A DNA stretch of 64,000 nucleotides from Clostridia bacterium (GCA_017539905.1 JAFYBZ010000014.1:184312-248311), one strand, 5' to 3'. Positions 38,634 through 47,110 are shown, counted from the first letter of the stretch. Program-made: numbers and translations. Notes: generated by a model from the sequence alone, not told the origin.

Positions 38634-39082
38634 TTTATTTTTCTAATAAAATCTTCCAATCCCTCTGGCATATTTTCTTTTGAAATCATAAAGCCTTGAT
38701 TATTTGCAATCATCAAATAAAAATTTGTTTTTGTCTCGATGATTTCGCTTAGTTTTTCATAAGGAACTTTGGCTTCTCCGCCATCGTGTTTTTCATACAA
38801 GTAGTCCTTATAAAACTCATACGAAACATCAACATTTTGCATCAATTTGTTTGAATTAAAAACTCTGTGCACGCCTATCTTTAAGGCTATATAAAACAAG
38901 ATTGGATAAATAATCGCGAAAATAACTAGCACATTATTTTGTAATAAATATCCACTTACAAAAAGACAAATACAAGCAATTATCGAAAGCAAAACTATAT
39001 GTCTCTTTTTAATTAGCGCCCAGTTAAATTTTTTATATTCATCAATTGTAAATTTAGTTGTCGTTTTAAATAAATAATCCAT
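38630..39082 (-). CDS. YcxB-like membrane protein
   Basis: Start at MDYLFKTTTKF after GGAGAA. Two transmembrane helices then a PH-like domain. The track's N-terminus is repeat translation. Confidence 0.5.
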   Translation of the reverse strand: MDYLFKTTTKFTIDEYKKFNWALIKKRHIVLLSIIACICLFVSGYLLQNNVLVIFAIIYPILFYIALKIGVHRVFNSNKLMQNVDVSYEFYKDYLYEKHDGGEAKVPYEKLSEIIETKTNFYLMIANNQGFMISKENMPEGLEDFIRKIK

Positions 39083-39094
39083 CTTTTCTCCTTC

Positions 39095-39161
39095 TGCTTT
39101 TTGGGGACACTTACTTTTTTCCAACTTTTTCGGGTTTTTTGGACGTGTCCCAAAAAATCAC
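39095..39161. repeat. REPIN-like element copy 17 (..GGGGACACTTAC-TTTTTTCCAACTTTTTCGGG-TTTTTTGGACGTGTCCCAAAAAATCAC)
   Basis: Lies between the exonuclease stop and the RBS of the 39082 gene. Confidence 0.7.
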
Positions 39162-39745
39162 TTAAATAATTTTTTGAATTCATCAAAGCTATCATATTCA
39201 CTGCAAATTGATTTGCACATTTTCTTATAGACCTTGTTAGTTAAATCGCAATCATTTAGCGCTCTATGTTTGTTACGCACCTTTATTCCATAGTAATCCG
39301 TTAAATCATCTAATTTATGATGATCCAAATCCTTGATGTGTTTTCTTGCAATTTTTAAAGTGTCAACAAAATCATTTGTCAAAGGTTCATCTAAAACCTC
39401 TTCGAAATTATCATACAAAAAATTTACATCAAAATTTACGTTGTGACCAAGTATAATATCGTCTTCTAAAAAATCCCTGAAATCATACAAAACATCTTCG
39501 AGCTCATCGCCCTCATCCTCAACCATCCTTGTAGTAATTCCTGTTAGATTACTTATAAAATACGGAATCCTTTCGTGCGGATTAATAAGTCTCGAAAATG
39601 TGTCAATTTCTTTTCCATCTCTAACCTTAATTGCACTTATTTCAATTATTTTATTATAACTTGGGCTCATGCCTGTTGTTTCAATATCAAGCACCGTATA
39701 ATCCTTAAGCTTTTCCACGATGCTTTTGCCTTTCAAATCTCTCAT
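39158..39745 (-). CDS. DnaQ-like DEDDh 3'-5' exonuclease
   Basis: Exo I LDIETTG, Exo II HNVNFD, Exo III HRALNDC. Start at MRDLKGK after AAGGAAA. The alternative start is 39763. Confidence 0.75.
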   Translation of the reverse strand: MRDLKGKSIVEKLKDYTVLDIETTGMSPSYNKIIEISAIKVRDGKEIDTFSRLINPHERIPYFISNLTGITTRMVEDEGDELEDVLYDFRDFLEDDIILGHNVNFDVNFLYDNFEEVLDEPLTNDFVDTLKIARKHIKDLDHHKLDDLTDYYGIKVRNKHRALNDCDLTNKVYKKMCKSICSEYDSFDEFKKLFK

Positions 39746-39763
39746 TTTTATTTCCTTTTCCAT

Positions 39764-40777
39764 CTAGTTATTATCAAAGTATTCACTAATTTTCTGTTCA
39801 AACTTATTTTTACTTCCAATTCCTTTGATACTATTTACTTTTTTATCAATTACGCAGAACAATTCTCCATTTGAGTTAATTGATCCTAATAAGCTTGGGA
39901 AAGCAGTTAGCATTATAAGTAGAAAACAAACTAAAAAAACTGTCATGCAAACTATAATAAGATATTTTGATAAATCCAAATTAAATCTTGCTACAAACAT
40001 GCTTAAAATCAATATAACTGGCGCAAGTATTAGTCCAAGAGCAATGAGGAAAAAAGTTGCATCTTTTACCTTTAAGTTTGCGCCACTTACATTCCCATTT
40101 ACATCATTAATATAATAAGTGTATGGTTTTCCATTTTGCTCAGCAGTAACAATCCAAACTGGATAATAATATCTATTAGTCTCTGTTACCTCATAATCAA
40201 TTCTTGATTTATAGCTTCTTCCATCCCCACTTAGTTGGTTACTAGTAAACACGATTTTTTGAATTGAATCTAAAATCGCTTTATCTCCTTTTCGATGTGC
40301 TTTTTCTTTTTCACTTAATTCAATACTACTTGTGTAGATACTATCTGCTACAGAGCTACACTCTACTACTCCATCGTTATCAACAAAATCTAAAAATTCA
40401 CAATCAGAATAATTTGAATAATCAATCATTGGCTTATAGCTTTTATCTGTAAATGGAGCTATCACTTTAAATTGATTTATATCAATATCTTTGTGATTTG
40501 CACAAAGCATTAAACTAAATTTTGATTCAGTATCTGCTTCATAATAAGCTGGAACCGGGCCGTTTTTTCCTCCATTAAGCATTTTCTCATAAAACGAATT
40601 TGCTTTGGATTCAATGATGTATTTATAGAATGGAACATATACTTTTTTTGCACTTGTCATTTTTATATCACGTGCATTTAGCGCCCATCCATTATGACAG
40701 ATAAATCTTTTAGCTTTTTTCTTTGCCCATCTTTCAGTATGTGCAAATTTTATTATTCCATCAACATTTTGCATCAT
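39764..40777 (-). CDS. membrane protein with C-terminal transmembrane helices, translationally coupled to the exonuclease
   Basis: 337 aa. Its stop abuts the exonuclease ORF. Confidence 0.5.
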   Translation of the reverse strand: MMQNVDGIIKFAHTERWAKKKAKRFICHNGWALNARDIKMTSAKKVYVPFYKYIIESKANSFYEKMLNGGKNGPVPAYYEADTESKFSLMLCANHKDIDINQFKVIAPFTDKSYKPMIDYSNYSDCEFLDFVDNDGVVECSSVADSIYTSSIELSEKEKAHRKGDKAILDSIQKIVFTSNQLSGDGRSYKSRIDYEVTETNRYYYPVWIVTAEQNGKPYTYYINDVNGNVSGANLKVKDATFFLIALGLILAPVILILSMFVARFNLDLSKYLIIVCMTVFLVCFLLIMLTAFPSLLGSINSNGELFCVIDKKVNSIKGIGSKNKFEQKISEYFDNN

Positions 40778-40830
40778 TTTCCCCCTTAATTTCGCTACTT
40801 ATTTTATCATTTTTTTGCCTATTTTTCAAT

Positions 40831-40869
40831 AAAAAAAGCTTTTTTGGAACACGTCCAAAAAAGCATCAC
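40831..40869. repeat. REP-like copy 18 (AAAAAAAGCTTTTTTGGAACACGTCCAAAAAAGCATCAC)
   Basis: Read directly. Confidence 0.6.
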
Positions 40870-41339
40870 ACACAAATTTCAGCTAGTTGAAATTCAATCA
40901 CTTTCTTCAAATCTTCTAAACTCACTTCAACTTGATATCCGATCTTTCCTGCGCTAAAAATTATTGTATCAAAATTTGAAGCAGAACTATCAATTGTTGT
41001 TTTAAAAAACTTCTTCATTCCGATTGGTGAACATCCGCCGTGAATATATCCCGTTAACATGAGCAAATCTTTTTGCTTTAACATCTCTATGTTTTTTTCT
41101 CCAACAGCTTTCGCAGCCTTTTTTAAATCAAGTTCCTCTGCAACAGGAATCACAAATACATAGTGTTCTCTTGAATGACCAGTCGTAACCAAAGTTTTAA
41201 AAACTTGCGCCTCATTTTGATCTAGCACCTTCGCAACCTCCACTCCCGAGATAGCATCCGTACTTGCATAACTATATGATTTATATTCAATTTTATTCGC
41301 ATCCAAAATACGCATCACGTTCGTTTTTTCTTGTTTCAT
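40866..41339 (-). CDS. ybaK: YbaK/Cys-tRNA(Pro) deacylase-like protein
   Basis: MKQEKTNVMRILD...HGGCSPIGMKK. The start is uncertain because of a weak RBS. The track start lies inside a repeat. Confidence 0.6.
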   Translation of the reverse strand: MKQEKTNVMRILDANKIEYKSYSYASTDAISGVEVAKVLDQNEAQVFKTLVTTGHSREHYVFVIPVAEELDLKKAAKAVGEKNIEMLKQKDLLMLTGYIHGGCSPIGMKKFFKTTIDSSASNFDTIIFSAGKIGYQVEVSLEDLKKVIEFQLAEICV

Positions 41340-41372
41340 CCTAAACTTCACCGCCATCATTATACCACAAAG

Positions 41373-41478
41373 TGCTTTTTTGGGACACGTCCATTTTTCC
41401 AACTATTTCTGGAATTTTGGGACACTTCCATTTTTCCAACTTTTTCTGGTTTTTTGTATGTGTCCCAAAAATCCAACC
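41373..41478. repeat. compound REP array copy 19, 3' flank of the RAYT gene
   Basis: gtgcttttttgggacacgtccatttttccaactatttctgg aattttgggacacttccatttttccaactttttctgg ttttttgtatgtgtcccaaaaatccaacc. Two direct units plus one inverted. Confidence 0.7.
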
Positions 41479-41483
41479 CAAAA

Positions 41484-42248
41484 TTACAATTTCACTTTAT
41501 AATTCTCATCAAGTATTGCTTTAGAAACACTAAGCCAATTGATAATATCTTTTTGTTTCAATTTGCATTCTTGATTCAAATATACAATCAATTTTTGCAA
41601 TACTGCTCGAACGCTAAAGATTTCAATCAAAGAATGATTATACTCCGCGATAAAACTTCTAACGCCATCTTCAAAGTACTCATGACTAATCTTTGTCGAA
41701 TCAAGATCCATAAACACTCTGTCATAAGCTTCGTCTATCGCTTTCAAATAATTCACATTTTCTCCGAACACTTCTTTCAAAATCTCACACTTTGCACAAC
41801 CTTGTCCACGCAAATAATCTTGATACGATGAGTACGAATAAGCCTCACAACAGGTTGCTATTCCTGCCTTTACAGGATTGTTGTGAATATACTTTATGCA
41901 ATTTACTAAATGCGACATTTCATAAATCGGTTCCAATTGATATCTATTTCTAAATACAACTCCTACTCTATCTTCGCTTTTATTATAAAAGTTAGCAAAA
42001 TTTTGATTCACTGATTTCATAAATTGTCCAAAGCATTCGATATCTTTCACATAGAATAAAAAATGTGCGTGATTATTCATCATGCAATAAGCAAGCAAAT
42101 CAAATTCTTTGTAGTGTGATTCACTCTTTATACTCTTTAAATAATAATTTAGATTTTTGGGATTATCAAAAACATATTCTTTATTTACACCTTGAACCAT
42201 AACATGAATGAATGGTGTATTAATTTTTTTGCGTGCAACACGTGACAT
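41484..42248 (-). CDS. HUH-Y1 transposase-like protein, REP-associated tyrosine transposase (RAYT/TnpA-REP)-like
   Basis: HUH motif MMNNHAHFLFYV and Tyr motif YIHNNPVKAGI, as in IS200/RAYT Y1 enzymes. GGAGG RBS. Flanked on both sides by compound repeat arrays. Confidence 0.7.
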   Translation of the reverse strand: MSRVARKKINTPFIHVMVQGVNKEYVFDNPKNLNYYLKSIKSESHYKEFDLLAYCMMNNHAHFLFYVKDIECFGQFMKSVNQNFANFYNKSEDRVGVVFRNRYQLEPIYEMSHLVNCIKYIHNNPVKAGIATCCEAYSYSSYQDYLRGQGCAKCEILKEVFGENVNYLKAIDEAYDRVFMDLDSTKISHEYFEDGVRSFIAEYNHSLIEIFSVRAVLQKLIVYLNQECKLKQKDIINWLSVSKAILDENYKVKL

Positions 42249-42364
42249 TAGAAATCCTCCTTATATGCAAAAAGGGAGTTAGATTCATACTCAATCTAAC
42301 CCCCACACTTATTTTACAGCTTCATATTACCATTATCTATAAAAATTGCAATACCTTTTTACTT

Positions 42365-42469
42365 GGAATTTTGGGACAGGTCCAAAATTCCAACTTTTCT
42401 TGGATTTTTGTAAGTGTCCCAAAATCCCAACTTTTTCTGGATTTTTGTAAGTGTCCCCAAAAGTCACAC
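42365..42469. repeat. compound REP array copy 20, 5' flank of the RAYT gene
   Basis: ggaattttgggacaggtccaaaattccaacttttcttgg atttttgtaagtgtcccaaaatcccaactttttctgg atttttgtaagtgtccccaaaagtcacac. Confidence 0.7.
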
Positions 42470-42730
42470 TTTATCGCCCATGGCAAGAAGATCATTCATG
42501 GTCAAACTGCCCCACATTCTTTCCATAAGCCGCACAGCATCATACGTAATCACGCCATACTTGAAATAGTGAATCACAATGTAGCCATCATGCGCACCCA
42601 TCGTTGTGCCGATGAGTTTATCATCCAGATATACATTGTATTCCAGATAACTTCCATCACTGAGCTGCGTCCGACTCACCAGCAAATTCTGCTGATCGTC
42701 TTTGTTTTTCGAACCAAACTTTAGAACCAC
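42464..42730 (-). CDS. small hypothetical protein (88 aa), GC-rich
   Basis: Last gene of the 44924-42464 operon. Its stop overlaps the repeat. Confidence 0.4.
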   Translation of the reverse strand: MVLKFGSKNKDDQQNLLVSRTQLSDGSYLEYNVYLDDKLIGTTMGAHDGYIVIHYFKYGVITYDAVRLMERMWGSLTMNDLLAMGDKV

Positions 42731-42756
42731 CAGCTGTCACTCCCTTACGATGTTTT

Positions 42757-43848
42757 CTATCTATTATTCTTTTGCTTCGGAATTTCGGGAAGCTGTCGTC
42801 CAACAATATTAATGTCTTTAAGCAGTTCCGGATCTTTGCTCATCATAATACTTCCATGCCCACGCAAATTCAAAACATAAGCAACTCGTTCAAAATTTCC
42901 GTTATAGAATTTTTTCACAGCACGCTCGATTTCATCGACTTCTTCAATTGCTCCGCACGGCACTATCCTATCCGTAAACAACGCATTTTTAATATAGCAA
43001 TGCGAATGAATCATAAAGTTGATATTCGGAAACATCTTATAAAGTCGGACCTGAATCGGCGTATCGACCGATGGCTTATTTTCACCGATGTAATAAATTT
43101 TTCCATCCTTCATATAAACCGGCACAAAATCCTGCGCGCTAATGAATTCTTTATTCACATTTCTTCGACTTACAAAAATCAAATCGCCTTGCCTAAAAGA
43201 AGGAAATCCTTTTGGACATCTGAACGATGCATTGCCCAAAAATCTTTTAACATCTTTTGTCTGGAAAATTGCCTCAGCAAAAACATTTGCATAGTTTCGA
43301 ACAATGCCCAAAAAATCTTCATTAAAAGTATCGTCACTCAAATTTAAATCTTCAAGTTTGATATCAGAAGAAATTGTCGGCTCACGAGTAATCGTAGATA
43401 AAAATTCAAGTCGCTTTTGCATCTTTTCTGCGCAACTAATGATGCTCGCCCCATCGTACCAAAGATTTCCGAGCGGATCAAAAAGTCTCATGTTGAAAAC
43501 TTTACCCTTCTCACTAAACTCAATTGTGAGGTTCGCCTTCGCTTCAAGCGACCGCTGAAGTAATTCTTCAAAAGTATATTCACCATTATTTCTTTTCGAT
43601 GTAACAAGCAATGCCTTATAATTTATCTCTTTGACATTTCTAACCTTCGGCATATCATTCGGCACATTTGCCCACCAAAGAACAACATCAAAATAAATAC
43701 TCGTTTCAATTATCCGATGCAAATCAAAATAGTATCCACCGTTATAAACCGTGACATACGAAAACTCTCTCGCAAATTTTTCAACTACTCTTGATTTCTT
43801 TCCACCTTGAAAATCCCATGTTCCGCCAACAAGAAGAATGCTGTTCAT
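42757..43848 (-). CDS. two-domain protein with C-terminal class II aldolase/adducin-like domain
   Basis: MIHSHCY...NLRGHGSIMM carries the HSH and GHG zinc-ligand motifs. N-terminal domain unknown. Confidence 0.55.
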   Translation of the reverse strand: MNSILLVGGTWDFQGGKKSRVVEKFAREFSYVTVYNGGYYFDLHRIIETSIYFDVVLWWANVPNDMPKVRNVKEINYKALLVTSKRNNGEYTFEELLQRSLEAKANLTIEFSEKGKVFNMRLFDPLGNLWYDGASIISCAEKMQKRLEFLSTITREPTISSDIKLEDLNLSDDTFNEDFLGIVRNYANVFAEAIFQTKDVKRFLGNASFRCPKGFPSFRQGDLIFVSRRNVNKEFISAQDFVPVYMKDGKIYYIGENKPSVDTPIQVRLYKMFPNINFMIHSHCYIKNALFTDRIVPCGAIEEVDEIERAVKKFYNGNFERVAYVLNLRGHGSIMMSKDPELLKDINIVGRQLPEIPKQKNNR

Positions 43849-43865
43849 TTTAACTCCCCCTTTTA

Positions 43866-44924
43866 TTACGGCTTAAAGTCAAAATCAAAATAAGTATAGT
43901 AGCCTCCTTTTGGCAAAGCTAAATAATCCTCAATCTTTTGATTTGCAAGATAATCAAGATTTGAAATTCGAGTAATGCCATTGTAATAGAATGCGAGCGG
44001 ATTAACATACCGAGTTTTTACGGATGTATTAATGCAATAAACTCCTTCAACAGGACAATCGCTTCGATACACCTTATCCGCCTTTTGAAATTTTCGAAAA
44101 CTCTCTTCCAAATACGGATCACCGCAATGCAAGATTTTTTCGATCACTTCTTTTTCTGATAGAGTATATAAATCATCAATTAATAAATATCCACGCTGAT
44201 TCATCGCCTTGCACATATCCGCAATAAACTGCATAACTGTTCTATCTTTGTCACTTACCCATTCCGGCCAAATCTTTGCAGCAAAATGAATATACTCCGC
44301 ACAAATTTCTTTGTGCCTAAAAGTAAACTCATCAAGTCCGTCTTCATTTTTCGCAATCGTAATATCATTATAAACTCTTCGAATAGTATCTAAATCCCAA
44401 ATTCTAAAAAAAGAAAGCCCACTTGAAAAAGTATATTCGAATCTGTCTGCCGAAAGCCGCGGTGTCTCATTATCCGCCAAAGGATAAATTTTATAGTCCT
44501 TCACTTCTTCAAGCTTAATTCCGTCACGTTTTAAAAGCGTCATTATTTCTATGGAATTCTTTATAAAATCTGTCGTTTTTTCTTCGGTCGATTCCTGCGT
44601 TAAAGAATCGCCATTCATAAAATCAATGCAATGCTTAAAAACCGGTGTCGCAATATCATGGAAAAGTCCGGCCAAAGTCTGCTTTTTGTCATGCGTAAAA
44701 TGCCACAAAATGAGTGCAACACCCACACTATGCTCAAGATTAGAATACCAATACCGAATGTTATAACACCCAGAGTAATCCGTTCCGCAACTGATACTGA
44801 TTTTACCTATGCGCTGCATCTCCGGTGTGTTGATATATTCCATCATCCATTCCGGGAACTCAGGCGACAAAATCCGAAAATATTCACGAATTTCCTCGTT
44901 CAAACTTTGTAAGTACGAATTCAT
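43866..44924 (-). CDS. HD-domain phosphohydrolase
   Basis: HSVGVALILWHF...AGLFHDIATPVFKH. Start at MNSYLQSL after AAAGGAGG. Confidence 0.65.
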   Translation of the reverse strand: MNSYLQSLNEEIREYFRILSPEFPEWMMEYINTPEMQRIGKISISCGTDYSGCYNIRYWYSNLEHSVGVALILWHFTHDKKQTLAGLFHDIATPVFKHCIDFMNGDSLTQESTEEKTTDFIKNSIEIMTLLKRDGIKLEEVKDYKIYPLADNETPRLSADRFEYTFSSGLSFFRIWDLDTIRRVYNDITIAKNEDGLDEFTFRHKEICAEYIHFAAKIWPEWVSDKDRTVMQFIADMCKAMNQRGYLLIDDLYTLSEKEVIEKILHCGDPYLEESFRKFQKADKVYRSDCPVEGVYCINTSVKTRYVNPLAFYYNGITRISNLDYLANQKIEDYLALPKGGYYTYFDFDFKP

Positions 44925-45033
44925 CTTATTCCTGCCTCCTTTATTAATTGAAAAGGATTTTCTCAAATAATCCACTTTGCGAGAGCATAATACCACGGAT
45001 TTGCCGATTTTTCAACCGATTTTGTGGTTTTAG

Positions 45034-45111
45034 GGCGGGTGCTTTTTGGGGACACTGCTAAAAAACCAGGAAATCCTGGTTTTTTAGCAGTGTCCCCAAA
45101 AAGCACCCGCC
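45034..45111. repeat. perfect 78-bp palindromic REPIN copy 21 (38-bp arms GGCGGGTGCTTTTTGGGGACACTGCTAAAAAACCAGGA with a 2-nt centre)
   Basis: Both arms are identical as reverse complements, suggesting recent duplication or mobilisation. Confidence 0.75.
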
Positions 45112-45221
45112 TCAAAAAAGCACCCCCTGTAACACAAACTTAACATTGTAATACCGCTAAAACAATTGTCGCAGCTGGCCAAATATAATATCATTGTTAG
45201 TATAGAAAGGAGCGGACAATC

Positions 45222-45362
45222 ATGGAATATGAAGAAAGCGAAAACTATAAAAAACTAATGGCTTTAAACAAAGAAGAATTAGACAGAATTTTTTCTGAGA
45301 TGACAATTGCCGAAGTAGCTAAGCTATTAGAATCTATAAATGGGGTGAGCACAAATGACTAA
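45222..45362 (+). CDS. small protein (46 aa) overlapping the start of the downstream gene (ATGACTAA), below the ORF-track cut-off
   Basis: GAAAGGAG RBS then MEYEESENYKKLMALNKEELDRIFSEMTIAEVAKLLESINGVSTND. Confidence 0.4.
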   Translation: MEYEESENYKKLMALNKEELDRIFSEMTIAEVAKLLESINGVSTND

Positions 45363-47106
45363 AGAAGAATTTTTTGGATTAGTTAGCGCTACCATTAAAG
45401 AGTTGTCACGTGACTTACGAAAAATCGATAGCGATTTGGCTACAATTGAAGAAAAGCAAAAGATACTTCCGTATCCTACTTATGAAAGAGATAAAAGAGA
45501 AGCTGAGGCAAGGCACAATGTTCTTCGTGGTAGAATAGTTGCTCTTAAAACTATGATAGAGGCTCCCGCCTACTTCGCAATCAAAAACCTATCTGATGAA
45601 GAATTATCTCAATACAAAGATCAACTTATTCAAGAAGTCGATAATGAACAAAAATCAATTATTGAAGAAAGAGATAAAAAAGTTGCTGAGCGCGATGAGC
45701 TTAAAAACCAAGATGATGCTCAAAGGGATGCATACGCTGACACAGATGATAAGGACGAACAAGAAAGAATTATTCTTGCTAGAACAGAATTAGATAAAAA
45801 AATTACAAGATTAAATGATGAAATCAAGAGACTTAATCAAAAAATTTCCGATCTTGATTTGAAAAGAGAAAAAATCAGTGCCAGACCTTTAGAAAGCGTT
45901 CGTGAAGATTTATTAAGCAAAATCGAAAGTCGTAAGACCATTGAAAAAAGCATGGATCTTTCTCAAGAAATAGATGAAGTTTCTGAAATCATTTTTGAAT
46001 TGGGCGAAAATGAAAAGACTCATACAGCTGCACAATTACTAAACGAATACATTAAGCTTGCCGAAGAAAGAGAAAATGCTGCTGCAAATTATGGCGACAA
46101 CGTGTATGCTTATCCATTCTATTCAAGAGGAAATCCAGATGAAACCGAATACTTTATTAATAGACCATTAGCAAGAATACTAATAGATCATTCTTTTAAA
46201 GTTGAAGACACTCATTTTCATACAGAATCAAATAATTCTAAAGTAAGAATTTATATCAAAGATGTTGCTGGTTGTAAAGAAGATATTAGCAAATATGAAG
46301 AACAGTTACTTCAATTTGAACACGATTTTGAAAACAAATATTCTAAAGAAGATTTAGAAAACTTGTTTACTAAACTTGAAAAAGGAATTGGTTCAGACAA
46401 AGAAACTAAAGAACAGTATTTCTTACTACTAGATCAGTATAAAGAAAAAGTTGCAGATTTAGATAAAGACATTCAAGAGCTTAAAAATCTATTAGCTGAA
46501 AAAGAAGCATTAGAAAGTAAACGTTTTGCTTTAGGCAAAGATAAAAAAATTGCCGAATTAAATGAAAAAATCGATGCAAAAAGATTATCTATTAACGATA
46601 AAATAATTGAAGTAAATAGAAAAGAGTACAATAAAGTTTGTGAAACAGCTAAAAAAGTGTATGGATTAAGTTTTACTCGATTCCCTAAAAACTCTGCAGA
46701 GATTGATAAGATTTGTACTTACAATCAAGGACAATTCAATAGTGCAATAAATGATATTACACAGGCACAAACTCGTTTAGATGAATGTCAAAAGCAAATA
46801 GATTCACAACGAAAAGCTCTCGACATAGATTTGGACAGAATAATTGAAGAAATGAGACCAATGCTAAAACCAGAATTTCAACAAAAATCTACAGCTGAAA
46901 TTAGAGAATTCTTTGCTAAGAGAATTCAATATAGAGGTCATTCACAAACAGCAAGAATGGACGTAAAAGGGTTATATGACACAGCACAGGATGTTGAAAT
47001 TGATAAAGCAACTAAAAAGATTGAAGCAAATGTAGGATCTGTTACTTTAGGTGATATTCTACAAGCTGTAGATGGTGATAAAAAACAAAAAGAAGAAGAA
47101 AAATAA
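45355..47106 (+). CDS. long coiled-coil hypothetical protein (583 aa)
   Basis: Lys/Glu-rich heptad-like sequence. No catalytic motif seen. Confidence 0.6.
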   Translation: MTKEEFFGLVSATIKELSRDLRKIDSDLATIEEKQKILPYPTYERDKREAEARHNVLRGRIVALKTMIEAPAYFAIKNLSDEELSQYKDQLIQEVDNEQKSIIEERDKKVAERDELKNQDDAQRDAYADTDDKDEQERIILARTELDKKITRLNDEIKRLNQKISDLDLKREKISARPLESVREDLLSKIESRKTIEKSMDLSQEIDEVSEIIFELGENEKTHTAAQLLNEYIKLAEERENAAANYGDNVYAYPFYSRGNPDETEYFINRPLARILIDHSFKVEDTHFHTESNNSKVRIYIKDVAGCKEDISKYEEQLLQFEHDFENKYSKEDLENLFTKLEKGIGSDKETKEQYFLLLDQYKEKVADLDKDIQELKNLLAEKEALESKRFALGKDKKIAELNEKIDAKRLSINDKIIEVNRKEYNKVCETAKKVYGLSFTRFPKNSAEIDKICTYNQGQFNSAINDITQAQTRLDECQKQIDSQRKALDIDLDRIIEEMRPMLKPEFQQKSTAEIREFFAKRIQYRGHSQTARMDVKGLYDTAQDVEIDKATKKIEANVGSVTLGDILQAVDGDKKQKEEEK

Positions 47107-47110
47107 AATT

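Larger units (their letters stand above)
41373..42469 (-). mobile_element. RAYT gene with flanking REP/REPIN arrays (candidate REP-RAYT unit)
   Basis: Arrays at 41373-41478 and 42365-42469 bracket the HUH gene. Confidence 0.6.

Noticed and set aside
41373-42469. CRISPR array: the compound arrays show about 40-bp direct spacing of a conserved unit
   Set aside because: The units are palindromic and differ in flanks. There are only 2-3 units per array. The spacers are T-rich low-complexity linkers (TTTTTCCAACTTTTTCTGG), not unique sequences. No cas genes are present.
17117-45111. Integron with attC sites
   Set aside because: No intI gene is present. The repeats lack the R''-L''...L'-R' organisation and the GTTRRRY core of attC. 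Many copies lie 5' of genes rather than at cassette 3' ends.
14000-47000. Prophage or integrative conjugative element
   Set aside because: No integrase, terminase, capsid, portal, relaxase or type IV secretion genes are visible, and no tRNA gene. The only recombinase-like gene is the HUH Y1 protein.
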